Positions 9,879 through 18,043 are shown, numbered from the stretch's first letter. The stretch is 20,000 bases of DNA from an uncultured virus (IMG/VR IMGVR_UViG_3300017752_000005) (IMGVR_UViG_3300017752_000005), one strand, 5' to 3'. Notes: generated from the sequence alone by a model not told the origin. Translations and numbers: made by a program.

Positions 9879-9883
9879 AAATT

Positions 9884-10609
9884 TTATAGGCCGAAACGTC
9901 CTTTAAGTGCATTGTAGTTTTGTGTAACTTCTACTGCTGATAGTGCTTTGTTATAAACTAAAGTTTGTGCTATTTTACCCTCAAAAAACACCAGTGATCC
10001 ATTATTCACTGATCCTATATTAAAATTCATTTGTTGCTTTGAAGCAGTTCCAACATTATGATTTTTTATGAAAACACTATTCAAATATGATTTTGCTGTA
10101 GTTCCGTCCCAAGTTACAACAATATTATGCCATACATTGCTGGAAATATCACCAATACGATTATCAGTAGATCCTCCTCTCAGTTTTACAAAAAGACCAC
10201 TTCCAGCTTGATAAAGAAGATAGTTTCCAAAAGATCCCGCCCCGCCACCTTTTCCAATGATAGAGCTAATACCTCTGTTTAATCTATCACAATTAAACCA
10301 AGAACTTGTTGACCAGATATTTCCGCTATCTGCAAATAATCCGTAAGCGTCTGGATCTAATTGATTACTTGTAGTTACAAAATCATCAGTGCCATCAAAT
10401 ACTAAAGTCCCACCATTCGCGCTACTATACCCAACACCATTCATAAGAGTGCCATCATTCCCGTTGCCGCTCAAGTCCGTCCAAATGGTTCCGCTTCCAG
10501 AATATGAGCTTGTATTACCAGCATCTAAGTGCAAGACAAGACCTGACGTAACAATTCGTTCACCAGCCCCGCCGCGAAGCATACCGGCTTGTGTTGCTAT
10601 GCCGCTCAT
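9884..10609 (-). CDS. LamG/concanavalin A-like domain virion protein
   Basis: IVTSGLVLHLDAGN..SYSGSGT.WTDLSGNGN.GTL, FDGTDD, WHNIVVTWDG and YNKALSA.EV.QNYNA, typical of phage LamG proteins. Confidence 0.88.
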   Translation of the reverse strand: MSGIATQAGMLRGGAGERIVTSGLVLHLDAGNTSSYSGSGTIWTDLSGNGNDGTLMNGVGYSSANGGTLVFDGTDDFVTTSNQLDPDAYGLFADSGNIWSTSSWFNCDRLNRGISSIIGKGGGAGSFGNYLLYQAGSGLFVKLRGGSTDNRIGDISSNVWHNIVVTWDGTTAKSYLNSVFIKNHNVGTASKQQMNFNIGSVNNGSLVFFEGKIAQTLVYNKALSAVEVTQNYNALKGRFGL

Positions 10610-11067
10610 TATGCGGAGATCGTTATCCAGAATTTGCAGTTAGTGGAATCCGTCTTGCGCCAAGCGATTTCGCACTCTTCATTTGCTCCCATGCCAGCGA
10701 TGTCAGAAAGAGTTCCAAGCACATCAATCTGAGAAGCATCTAACGTCAAAGCACGACCGCCTGTAGCATCCTGTATGACAGTGAGGCTTCCGCTTTTCCC
10801 TTCTGCGGCATTAGTGATGGCAGCGAGCGTTCTGTCGCCGCCCAGTGTCACCTTCGCGTTCACACCGTTACTCGCATCGTAAGCGATTGTGGCTCCGTCA
10901 GTGAGCGTCTGCGGGGTAAAATAAGACTCGTCTAAAACTTCGTTAGCAGACAAGATTTGATTAATGGTAGTTTTGATTTCTCCTGTTCCAGCAGCGTTGT
11001 GTCCTACCAGAACAACGTTGCCACTAGGAGACGCATCACTTGTAAAATCAGTAAAGTTAGTAGCCAT
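10609..11067 (-). CDS. Tail-fibre-associated structural protein
   Basis: N-terminal FTDF segment shared with 7851..9083, and a C-terminal LTDGATIAYDAS..VTLGGDRTL..QDATGGR domain common in phage fibre genes. Confidence 0.65.
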   Translation of the reverse strand: MATNFTDFTSDASPSGNVVLVGHNAAGTGEIKTTINQILSANEVLDESYFTPQTLTDGATIAYDASNGVNAKVTLGGDRTLAAITNAAEGKSGSLTVIQDATGGRALTLDASQIDVLGTLSDIAGMGANEECEIAWRKTDSTNCKFWITISA

Positions 11068-11171
11068 TTATACCACCATTTACACCATGATATAAGTAAA
11101 TTTATAGAAAAATCAGTAATTATAAAGGGGGTGGGACAGCTAATACACCCATGCTCTGAGTAAAGTATTTT

Positions 11172-12782
11172 TTAAACGAATGGACCGTCATTCGCAATAA
11201 AAGTTTCCCCACTAGAGGTCATGGGTATTTTACCAATTTTATCCTCTATATCTTGATCGTCGGTTGCTATCCAATGAATCAAACCATTCTCTATCAATTG
11301 ACCACCATAAATATCTGCAATTTCAGAATCAGACAAAGCTCTGTTGTATACTCTACAATCAGCATACCTTCCTTCTCCATCTGTATCACTTGGAATACTT
11401 AAATGGTTTAGTCCAAGCATAAGAAAACCATCAGAGATTGTATCGTTAGCACTAGCGGTTGATTGAAAAGCTCCATTAAGAAAACATCTAGCTCTTTCTG
11501 AAGTGGCTTTGCTTGTATCAATAGTGATCGCTAAATGATTCCAAGCTGTAGATGTATTGGCTATAAGATCGCTGTAAAAATATGGATTGCCGTTCCTAGC
11601 TCCCCATATAATAAAATCTCTGAAATCCCAAGTTAAAAAAGTCTGATTGTTTGTAGCCTCTCTAATTGCGAAAATGCTAAAACGACCAGTGTGTGTTCTT
11701 TTTATCCAAAAAGCTAAAGTTAATTCTGTTTCTGTCCCATCAAGAATTTTATTCTGAGAACCCACAAAAGGAGATGAGTCTGTTCCAGCTAATTCTATTG
11801 AATTATGACCGAAAGGCGGCAGATCGTTAAGGGGTCCACCATTTACAAATCTTGGATTATTATTTTTAATTGCAGACCTATGCTTGTGGCTGTAGTCTAA
11901 GGTGTCATCATTATCAGAAATCCAGCGTCCGATTAAATCAGAACTAATATCTTCAAAATTATATACAGATTGTATTTGACTTGATGATAAAGCCTTAGAG
12001 AAAAGTCTAACATCGCAAGTTTGACCATCAGAACCAAAAAGACTGTTATGACCTATTTCTCCAATATTAAAATTAGAGAAAGTATCAGAATCTAAACTTG
12101 TAGGACCAAAGCTCCCACTTGCGGCTAACTCTCCATCAACGTAAAGTTTAAGCCTGTCTCCCGAATCTTGTGAGCCATCAAAAACCATCGCGCAATGAAC
12201 CCATCCCGAAGAGTTCTGCGTTCCTGACGCAGAGGTATTTCCGCTAGATGCAGTAACTGAAGCCGTTATCCCTGTTCCGTTCCAGATCAAGCTAACAAAA
12301 TTACTAAGACTTACTATACTACCAACCATGAATCTATCTCCAGCACCTACGCCAAATTTTTTCATCCAGCATGTGAGCGTAAATTCAGTAGCACTTCCCA
12401 GTTCTTTAATATTCGCAAAACTAAGGTTGTCTAGAGTGGAGCTACTAAAAGAATAAGAGTTGCTGCCAAAGGTTCCACTAGGAGCCTCGTAAGTCAGAGG
12501 TATAATAAATCCACTCCCGTCAATCAACTGAATGTCGCTGCTTCCATCAATTAGAATAATACGATCTATATCAAGATTAACTGGTCTAAAACCATCATAA
12601 GTTGGAACCAACATAAGGCTCTTACGCCCCGCAAAGAAACAGCGTCTGTTAAATTCTCTCCAAAGATGGTTTTGAGCATAATTGTCAGTTATCACTCCAC
12701 TAGAGTAAGCTGATTCAATACGACTTCTAATGCTAGATAACTCTCCCGCCGGTGCGCTATGAATTTCGTGAACAGTAATCAT
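11172..12782 (-). CDS. Protein with WREFN N-terminal domain and two LamG-like domains (start moved from 12800 to 12782)
   Basis: Two LamG repeats (FTLTCW..WVHCAMVFDG..LYVDG..DVRLFSKALS and LTLAFW..WNHLAIT..DCRVYNRALS). The ORF-track GTG at 12800 is part of the GTGTAT motif, and ATG 12782 aligns with the paralog start. Confidence 0.8.
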   Translation of the reverse strand: MITVHEIHSAPAGELSSIRSRIESAYSSGVITDNYAQNHLWREFNRRCFFAGRKSLMLVPTYDGFRPVNLDIDRIILIDGSSDIQLIDGSGFIIPLTYEAPSGTFGSNSYSFSSSTLDNLSFANIKELGSATEFTLTCWMKKFGVGAGDRFMVGSIVSLSNFVSLIWNGTGITASVTASSGNTSASGTQNSSGWVHCAMVFDGSQDSGDRLKLYVDGELAASGSFGPTSLDSDTFSNFNIGEIGHNSLFGSDGQTCDVRLFSKALSSSQIQSVYNFEDISSDLIGRWISDNDDTLDYSHKHRSAIKNNNPRFVNGGPLNDLPPFGHNSIELAGTDSSPFVGSQNKILDGTETELTLAFWIKRTHTGRFSIFAIREATNNQTFLTWDFRDFIIWGARNGNPYFYSDLIANTSTAWNHLAITIDTSKATSERARCFLNGAFQSTASANDTISDGFLMLGLNHLSIPSDTDGEGRYADCRVYNRALSDSEIADIYGGQLIENGLIHWIATDDQDIEDKIGKIPMTSSGETFIANDGPFV

Positions 12783-12808
12783 TTCTATCTTTAAATACAC
12801 TTTTTTAC

Positions 12809-12837
12809 TTGACTTTATGTGTAAATTGTATTACCAT
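12809..12837 (+). promoter_or_regulatory. sigma70-like promoter for the NlpC/P60 operon
   Basis: TTGACT (12809-12814), 17 nt, TACCAT (12832-12837). A GTGTAA also sits in the spacer (12819-12824). Confidence 0.5.
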
Positions 12838-12862
12838 TTATTACATTTTTTAAAACCCCAAT

Positions 12863-13240
12863 ATGATTAAAACTTTATTCTTAATAGCAATCCTTGGTTT
12901 AAGTGATGTTTCACAAGAGGCTCAAAAGTGGAATGGTAAATTTTTTAAAAGAGGACAGTCGGCGCGTTGTGCCGATTTTGTTGGAGAAGTCGTAAGAAGG
13001 GCTGGAGGAACCCCACCAGTAGGTTATCAAAAATGCACCTCTTGGTTGGGTTGGGGCAAAAAGGTGAGCTTATCAAATATTCAAAAAGGAGATATTGTTA
13101 TCTATTCAAGCAACGGTAGTTATAACCACATTGGTATTTATATCGGAGACAAGAGAATTATTCACAGACCAACATTAAGCAAACCAGTTGGAACTATGAA
13201 TTTACATTATAGAAGAATTATAGGAATTAGAAGAAAATGA
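12863..13240 (+). CDS. NlpC/P60 (CHAP-like) cell-wall peptidase with signal peptide
   Basis: CADFV catalytic Cys, QKGDIVIY and NHIGIYIGD..IIH, with a short hydrophobic N-terminus. Confidence 0.85.
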   Translation: MIKTLFLIAILGLSDVSQEAQKWNGKFFKRGQSARCADFVGEVVRRAGGTPPVGYQKCTSWLGWGKKVSLSNIQKGDIVIYSSNGSYNHIGIYIGDKRIIHRPTLSKPVGTMNLHYRRIIGIRRK

Positions 13241-13551
13241 CTAATATTTATTTTTTAGCTGGTGCAATCACTTTACTTTTTGGTTGGTATTCTTTTGGAC
13301 TATTGGGTAAATGGTGGCTTAGTAAAATCTTTACATATATCTATTTGATCCTAATGGTTTGGATGGCATATATGTTCATAGCCGTAGAGCAGAAGCCTAC
13401 ATACATCCTTTCTTCTCTTATTGCTGCATTTTTCGCAGCTTGGTCTGTATTCGTAAGATATTTGATTCAGTTTGACCTTCCAGAAAAAAGAACAAAGCTT
13501 CAGAATGAATGGTTGGAAGAATTAGAGAAAAAAAATAAACGCGACGATTAA
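13237..13551 (+). CDS. Membrane protein (3 predicted TM segments, charged C-tail)
   Basis: Three hydrophobic stretches and an ATGA overlap with the NlpC/P60 gene. Confidence 0.65.
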   Translation: MTNIYFLAGAITLLFGWYSFGLLGKWWLSKIFTYIYLILMVWMAYMFIAVEQKPTYILSSLIAAFFAAWSVFVRYLIQFDLPEKRTKLQNEWLEELEKKNKRDD

Positions 13552-13583
13552 TAAGGCGTTTTTATAGAAAGCCCTGATTTTAA

Positions 13584-13886
13584 CTAGGGAGCTTTCTTTT
13601 TCTTGTATTGATCAGATACAAAATGGAAAACTGAAACAAACAAAAGCACGGAGATACCAAAAGGATAATAAACATTATCTAAAAAAGCACAAAATGTATC
13701 TCCTGTGTAGTCGAAGTTTTCAACTTCTAGGAACGCAGTGAGATTCCTTGCTGCCATCATAAATGAGGCTGTTATAAATAAATAACCAGAAGGTGTGTAA
13801 AGCCGCTGATATTTAGCCCACAACATCAAAAAACCAACTCCAAATTGGAGTAGCGTAGCGATAGCGGCAATAATACTGAATAACAT
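13584..13886 (-). CDS. Membrane protein (3 TM, basic C-terminus; holin-like topology possible)
   Basis: Three hydrophobic segments, a KKKKAP tail and GTGTAA (13901-13906) 14 nt upstream. Confidence 0.6.
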   Translation of the reverse strand: MLFSIIAAIATLLQFGVGFLMLWAKYQRLYTPSGYLFITASFMMAARNLTAFLEVENFDYTGDTFCAFLDNVYYPFGISVLLFVSVFHFVSDQYKKKKAP

Positions 13887-13948
13887 TAATCTATGTTGTC
13901 TTACACGGAAAATAAAGAAGAAAGCCTTTACTACCTTTCTGATCTAGG

Positions 13949-15157
13949 TTAGAACACATTTGGAATTACTTTACCATTATGGGCGACTTTGAATGGTCTT
14001 GCAGATGGGGAGAATAGTGTTTGATTGATATCTAATCCCATAGCATCTGCTATTGTTGCATTTAAGTCTGCTACCTGATAAGGTGACTCTTCTATCGCCA
14101 TAGCTTTATCGTCTGTTTTACCTATTGCTTTACCATCTATCTTTCCTCCAGCCATCATACATGAGAAGGCTCTTGGGTAGTGGTCGCGTCCAGTGTTGAC
14201 GTTGATTTTAGGTGTTCTACCAAATTCAGTAGCAACAACGATCATTGTATCTTCATAAAGACCTTTCGCTTTTAGATCATCAATAAGAGCAGCAATACCT
14301 TTGTCTACCTCTGGAAGCTTAGTAGCTAATCTATCAAAGTTTTCGGTGTGGGTATCCCAACCACCATGCATGACTTCAATGAAGTTTACTCCCTTTTCAA
14401 CCAAGCGACGAGCAAGCAAAAGGCTTTGCCCGAATCTTGTAGCCCCATATTTTTCAGATGTCTCTTTACTTTCTTGAGAGATATCAAAAACCGCTAAGTC
14501 TTCACTATCTAGAATATTAAAAGCCTCTGCATAAAAATCTCTATAAGAAGTAGCCGCATCGTTTGGCTCGAACTTAGAGTTTAGTAGATCAAGAGCATCT
14601 AGCCTATTGTTCAACAGCCTATCATCATATTTTAAATCAAAAGCACTTTTAGCCTTCAAAGGATCAGTGATAGGAAGGGGCGAGGTTCTAGCTGGCAAAA
14701 ACCCGTTCAATGGGTGAGACGGGTCAGGATTTATCAAAACATTATTAGGTAATGAATTATCATTAGTCAAAAGGTGGTTAGACCACGCTCCCAAAGAAGG
14801 ATGTATAATACTGCCCACTTTTCTGTAGCTTGTGTGGTGCAAGTATTTTCCCTCAGAGTGTGCGCCGGTCTGAGAGGTCATAGAATTAATCACAGCAAAA
14901 TTTTCTGCTCGTTCTGCCAATAAGGGCAAATTGTGACCGAATTTAATTCCATCAACCTTGGTGTCGATGATTTCTGTAGCACCCTTAACTTCAGCGTCGG
15001 ATTTTGGATCGAATGTGTCGATATGACTCATTCCCCCGTTCATGTAAATATAAATTACATTTTTTACCTTTGGTGTAGGCTTGCTTGCATAAGAATTAAA
15101 AGTAAGCCCTAAAGTAGAAGCTGCCAGAGTTTTTGCGAAGTCTCTTCTTGTATTCAT
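13949..15157 (-). CDS. DUF1501 family protein with Tat-like signal
   Basis: N-terminal TRRDF twin-arginine motif, VIYIYMNGGMSHIDTFDPK, LLARRLVEKGV.F, GGWDTH, TEFGRTPKIN..GRDH. Confidence 0.92.
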   Translation of the reverse strand: MNTRRDFAKTLAASTLGLTFNSYASKPTPKVKNVIYIYMNGGMSHIDTFDPKSDAEVKGATEIIDTKVDGIKFGHNLPLLAERAENFAVINSMTSQTGAHSEGKYLHHTSYRKVGSIIHPSLGAWSNHLLTNDNSLPNNVLINPDPSHPLNGFLPARTSPLPITDPLKAKSAFDLKYDDRLLNNRLDALDLLNSKFEPNDAATSYRDFYAEAFNILDSEDLAVFDISQESKETSEKYGATRFGQSLLLARRLVEKGVNFIEVMHGGWDTHTENFDRLATKLPEVDKGIAALIDDLKAKGLYEDTMIVVATEFGRTPKINVNTGRDHYPRAFSCMMAGGKIDGKAIGKTDDKAMAIEESPYQVADLNATIADAMGLDINQTLFSPSARPFKVAHNGKVIPNVF

Positions 15158-16725
15158 TGTATAAATAAAAATTCGTTGGAGTTAATTACCGCCCACACAA
15201 TATCAGCCGGTGAAAGTTGACGTAGAGCAGACTTCTCTTGTAGAGTTGGCTGTCTAGTGAGGGTAGATAAGAAAATATTCTCAATGGAAGGGTCTTTCAT
15301 CAAGATTGAATCTTTATGAGACAACGAATTTGTGACCTCTCCGTTGATAAGAAGTAAAACTTGACCAGAAGAGCCATTTACTGAGGAAGAATCAATCAGT
15401 TCCCGCTCTGAAGCCCCGAACTTCTTCAAAAAGTCGGTGCGTCTCTCTAAATCTGACGCTCTGACGATGGGTAAGCTTCCTATTTGCTTTGGTCGTGGTA
15501 TTTTTTTTGTAAAATCCCTATATTCTTCCATAGCGTCGATTGCGCCTTGTCCAGTTAACGATGCTAAGTCTAAATTTACAAAATCAGAATAACCAGAACG
15601 GTCGATGGGCGCTGGAACGCCACCAGCGATTGTTACCAAAGAGTCCCAAGCTTGCTCTGCGGTAAGCCTTCTAGTTTTTATACCGTTTTCTTGCTTAAAA
15701 GCGTTAGAGGTCACTAAAAAGTGCAAAAATAAGCGAACGTCATAATTTAATTCCTCAAATTTTACCGCGAGCTTGCGTGAAAGCTCTTCGTTTGTAGATT
15801 CAGCAATATCTACGTTAACTAATGGCGTGATAAGTGGGTCGCCAGTAACGAAGCCCCATAATCTGTTTGACGCTGCTACTGAGAAGTCGTGCTGTTTGAC
15901 AATCCATTCTGCAAAAACGGCTGAGTCACCACTCTTTACAACATCCCCGAAAGGGGTATATGGACTAACGGCACTACTAGGCTCTGCATCGTCATATCTG
16001 TAGTCATGGGGTAATTTTAAAACTCCATTTTTATTTTTGAAGCTACCATAACCATTGCCGCGCAAAAGTTGTCTGATTGCGTTGTCTATTCTATCGGTTT
16101 CTCTGATTTGTTTAACCTCTTCGTCAATTTTTCTGGAAATCTGACCAACAGAAGGGTCACGGGTAGTATTTTGTGCAAAAAACGCAGCACTCTGATAAAA
16201 GTCCATTTGAGTCCAATGACTGAAGGGATCATCATGGCATTGGGCGCAAGAAAGGTCTTTGCCAAGAAAAACTTGCATAGTATAAGAAAAATTATCCAGT
16301 GGCATACCATTGTCCCGCGCATAGTAACCTGCGGCTGGATTTTCTATCATTTTGCCTTCTGCGGTCAGCATTTCGCGAACCATTTGATCGTAAGGCTTAT
16401 TTTCCCTAATATTATTTTTTACCCAATCAATATAAGGATAAAACTTCAAAAACCCCACACCGTCAATGTTCGCCTTGATTCTAAACAGATCAGCATAGTA
16501 ATTATAAAAAGACTGAACATAGTCTTCGCTTTTAAGAAGATTGACCACTAACTTGTCATGGTCAGGACTTTGTAAATAATTTTTAGTCTCTTCCAAGGTA
16601 GGAATTCTACCTGCTAGAGTTAAATATGTCCTTCTCAATAAAACTTCGTCTGAAACTTGCTCACTATGAGCATTACCTGTGAATAAAAGGACAGCCGCCA
16701 AGATTTTTACGAAAAACTTTCCCAT
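15154..16725 (-). CDS. DUF1549/DUF1553 (Planctomycete PSCyt2/PSD1-type) protein
   Basis: Signal peptide, LRRTYLTLAGRIPT, NKPYDQMVREML, FLG..L.CAQCHDDPF..WTQ.DFY...AFF, NRLW, RRLTAEQ.WDS, F.STLTR.PT and W...NSNEFLF. Confidence 0.9.
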   Translation of the reverse strand: MGKFFVKILAAVLLFTGNAHSEQVSDEVLLRRTYLTLAGRIPTLEETKNYLQSPDHDKLVVNLLKSEDYVQSFYNYYADLFRIKANIDGVGFLKFYPYIDWVKNNIRENKPYDQMVREMLTAEGKMIENPAAGYYARDNGMPLDNFSYTMQVFLGKDLSCAQCHDDPFSHWTQMDFYQSAAFFAQNTTRDPSVGQISRKIDEEVKQIRETDRIDNAIRQLLRGNGYGSFKNKNGVLKLPHDYRYDDAEPSSAVSPYTPFGDVVKSGDSAVFAEWIVKQHDFSVAASNRLWGFVTGDPLITPLVNVDIAESTNEELSRKLAVKFEELNYDVRLFLHFLVTSNAFKQENGIKTRRLTAEQAWDSLVTIAGGVPAPIDRSGYSDFVNLDLASLTGQGAIDAMEEYRDFTKKIPRPKQIGSLPIVRASDLERRTDFLKKFGASERELIDSSSVNGSSGQVLLLINGEVTNSLSHKDSILMKDPSIENIFLSTLTRQPTLQEKSALRQLSPADIVWAVINSNEFLFIQ

Positions 16726-16802
16726 ATTTAAGAATATACACTAAAATACCGGCCTAACAACTTACTTTTTATGGCTATAACATAAGACCTTTTCTTCTTT
16801 AA

Positions 16803-16832
16803 CGAACGAAGTGAGTGTCCGAACAAAGTGAG
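16803..16832 (+). repeat. Direct repeat CGAAC(G/A)AAGTGAG x2
   Basis: CGAACGAAGTGAG at 16803-16815 and CGAACAAAGTGAG at 16820-16832. Confidence 0.6.
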
Positions 16833-16834
16833 GC

Positions 16835-16861
16835 TCCCGATTTTTTGGGATTTATTTTTTT
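16835..16861 (+). terminator. Possible weak intrinsic terminator
   Basis: TCCCGA-TTTT-TTGGGA hairpin followed by TTTATTTTTTT. Confidence 0.3.
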
Positions 16862-17046
16862 GGGGAATGGAATTAGTGATTATATGATTTTAAATAAGGG
16901 GGAGGGGGTATGTTGAGTGTGGTGGGGATGTAATTTAATTTTTTGAGATTGGGTTGTTGACAATGTGAACCACCCCCCCCTGATTGTCTAACATAACCGT
17001 AAAACCCTACATTCTAAATAACCCACCCCCATAGAGCTATGTGTCT

Positions 17047-17118
17047 ATGGCGTGATCGCGTAAGCTAATCTAATAAAAAAGAACTTGCGATTCTCTTGTG
17101 GTGTGGTATAGTTACAGC
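17047..17118 (+). promoter_or_regulatory. Cassette promoter 1 (18-bp palindrome, A-tract, -35, extended -10)
   Basis: ATGGCGT-GATC-GCGTAAG 17047-17064; TTGCGA 17085-17090; TGgTATAGT with -10 at 17107-17112; ATG 17119. Confidence 0.85.
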
Positions 17119-17259
17119 ATGAACGAACTAAAAGTAGATGACCAAGTAAACTTCAAAGGCGCATGGGCTATCGTGGCTCATGTCGATGAAGACGGGACTG
17201 TATGGCTCTTCGATGAGGACGGGGGCGAGCATGAGGCCACCGCTGATCAGCTTGATTAG
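17119..17259 (+). CDS. Small acidic protein, 46 aa (MNELKVDDQVNFKGAW...ADQLD), possibly an SH3/Tudor-like beta fold
   Basis: Not in the ORF track; translated by hand. It runs from just after promoter 1 to just before cassette 2. Confidence 0.75.
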   Translation: MNELKVDDQVNFKGAWAIVAHVDEDGTVWLFDEDGGEHEATADQLD

Positions 17260-17262
17260 CAC

Positions 17263-17333
17263 ATGGCGCGATTGCGCCATACAATACAATAAAAAAGAAC
17301 TTGCGATTAAATAAATCTGTGGTATAGTTAGGC
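17263..17333 (+). promoter_or_regulatory. Cassette promoter 2
   Basis: ATGGCGC-GATT-GCGCCAT 17263-17280 (perfect arms); TTGCGA 17301-17306; TATAGT 17323-17328; ATG 17334. Confidence 0.85.
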
Positions 17334-17456
17334 ATGAAAGAAATTATAAAAGAGTTGTCCGAATTGTTCCTCTATGTCTTCGTGGTCTTCGTGATGATCG
17401 CGGTTGCCGTAAGCACCATACTAAATCCTGACTGGACTTTTTCCCTCCTTAACTAA
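17334..17456 (+). CDS. Small single-TM membrane protein, 40 aa (MKEIIKELSELFLYVFVVFVMIAVAV...)
   Basis: Translated by hand. The stop codon overlaps the next cassette palindrome. Confidence 0.7.
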   Translation: MKEIIKELSELFLYVFVVFVMIAVAVSTILNPDWTFSLLN

Positions 17457-17527
17457 TAGCGCGATTGCGCCATATAACAGAATAAAAAACAATTTGCTTT
17501 TAACTCTAACCTGTGGTAAATTTAGAC
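17456..17527 (+). promoter_or_regulatory. Cassette promoter 3
   Basis: ATAGCGC-GATT-GCGCCAT 17456-17473; TTGCTT 17494-17499; TAAATT 17517-17522; ATG 17528. Confidence 0.8.
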
Positions 17528-17743
17528 ATGATCAAGGAAATGACTCAAGACCAGTTTAACGCACTCGCTGCAAAGCACTATGCGAAGCAGTGCAAGGTTA
17601 ACCCTTCTTACCGCGACCACGTAAGATATATCAACGCATTGGGTGACGCTACTTGCCAAGTAGAAATCGAGAAGGAGTATAGCCTTCTCAACGTGAGCGT
17701 TTACCTAAAGGGACGCGACTATCTCGCAAGCCTTAACAAGTAA
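17528..17743 (+). CDS. Hypothetical protein, 71 aa (start moved from 17513 to 17528)
   Basis: ATG lies 5 nt after the -10 box, as in the other cassettes. Confidence 0.75.
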   Translation: MIKEMTQDQFNALAAKHYAKQCKVNPSYRDHVRYINALGDATCQVEIEKEYSLLNVSVYLKGRDYLASLNK

Positions 17744-17749
17744 AACAAT

Positions 17750-17959
17750 ATGACCATCGAACAAGTAAAGAACAAGATGCTTCGCCTCAAGTCCGAGATG
17801 GATCGGATAGAGGACGAGCGCGGATTCTCTAACGTGCCAAGCAATCTCAAGATGCAGATGTGGGAGTTAAAGAATAGCTTGCGCGCCAAGCAACGCAACG
17901 CGCCAGAGATGTCGGATGGCGTGAGAGATGCGCTGGCGAACCTTACGGTTCGTCGGTAG
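17750..17959 (+). CDS. Hypothetical helical protein, 69 aa
   Basis: Follows the previous gene by 6 nt as second cistron. Confidence 0.7.
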   Translation: MTIEQVKNKMLRLKSEMDRIEDERGFSNVPSNLKMQMWELKNSLRAKQRNAPEMSDGVRDALANLTVRR

Positions 17960-18010
17960 TGTTAGTGTTAGTGTTAGTGTTAGTGCTAGTGTTAGTGCTA
18001 GTGTTAGTGC
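17957..18010 (+). repeat. Hexanucleotide microsatellite (TAGTGY)x9
   Basis: Nine tandem TAGTGT/TAGTGC units starting at the TAG stop of the upstream ORF, followed by degenerate TAACGC TAGT. Confidence 0.95.
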
Positions 18011-18043
18011 TAACGCTAGTCTCGTTGCACAGAAAAGATAAGT

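Noticed and set aside
13552..13583. Bidirectional terminator between convergent membrane-protein genes
   Set aside because: Only a weak, bulged stem (GGCGTTTT/GAAAGCC) is present; not supportable.
3444..16551. Antisense or nested ORF-track entries (3444, 4195, 5055, 7509, 7891, 8229, 10389, 10957, 15773, 16069, 16086)
   Set aside because: They lie inside well-supported longer genes on the opposite strand or in another frame and have no motifs; shadow ORFs.
17824..17842. CGTGCCAAGC as a third sigma54-like site
   Set aside because: It lies within a coding region and has no -12 element at the correct spacing.
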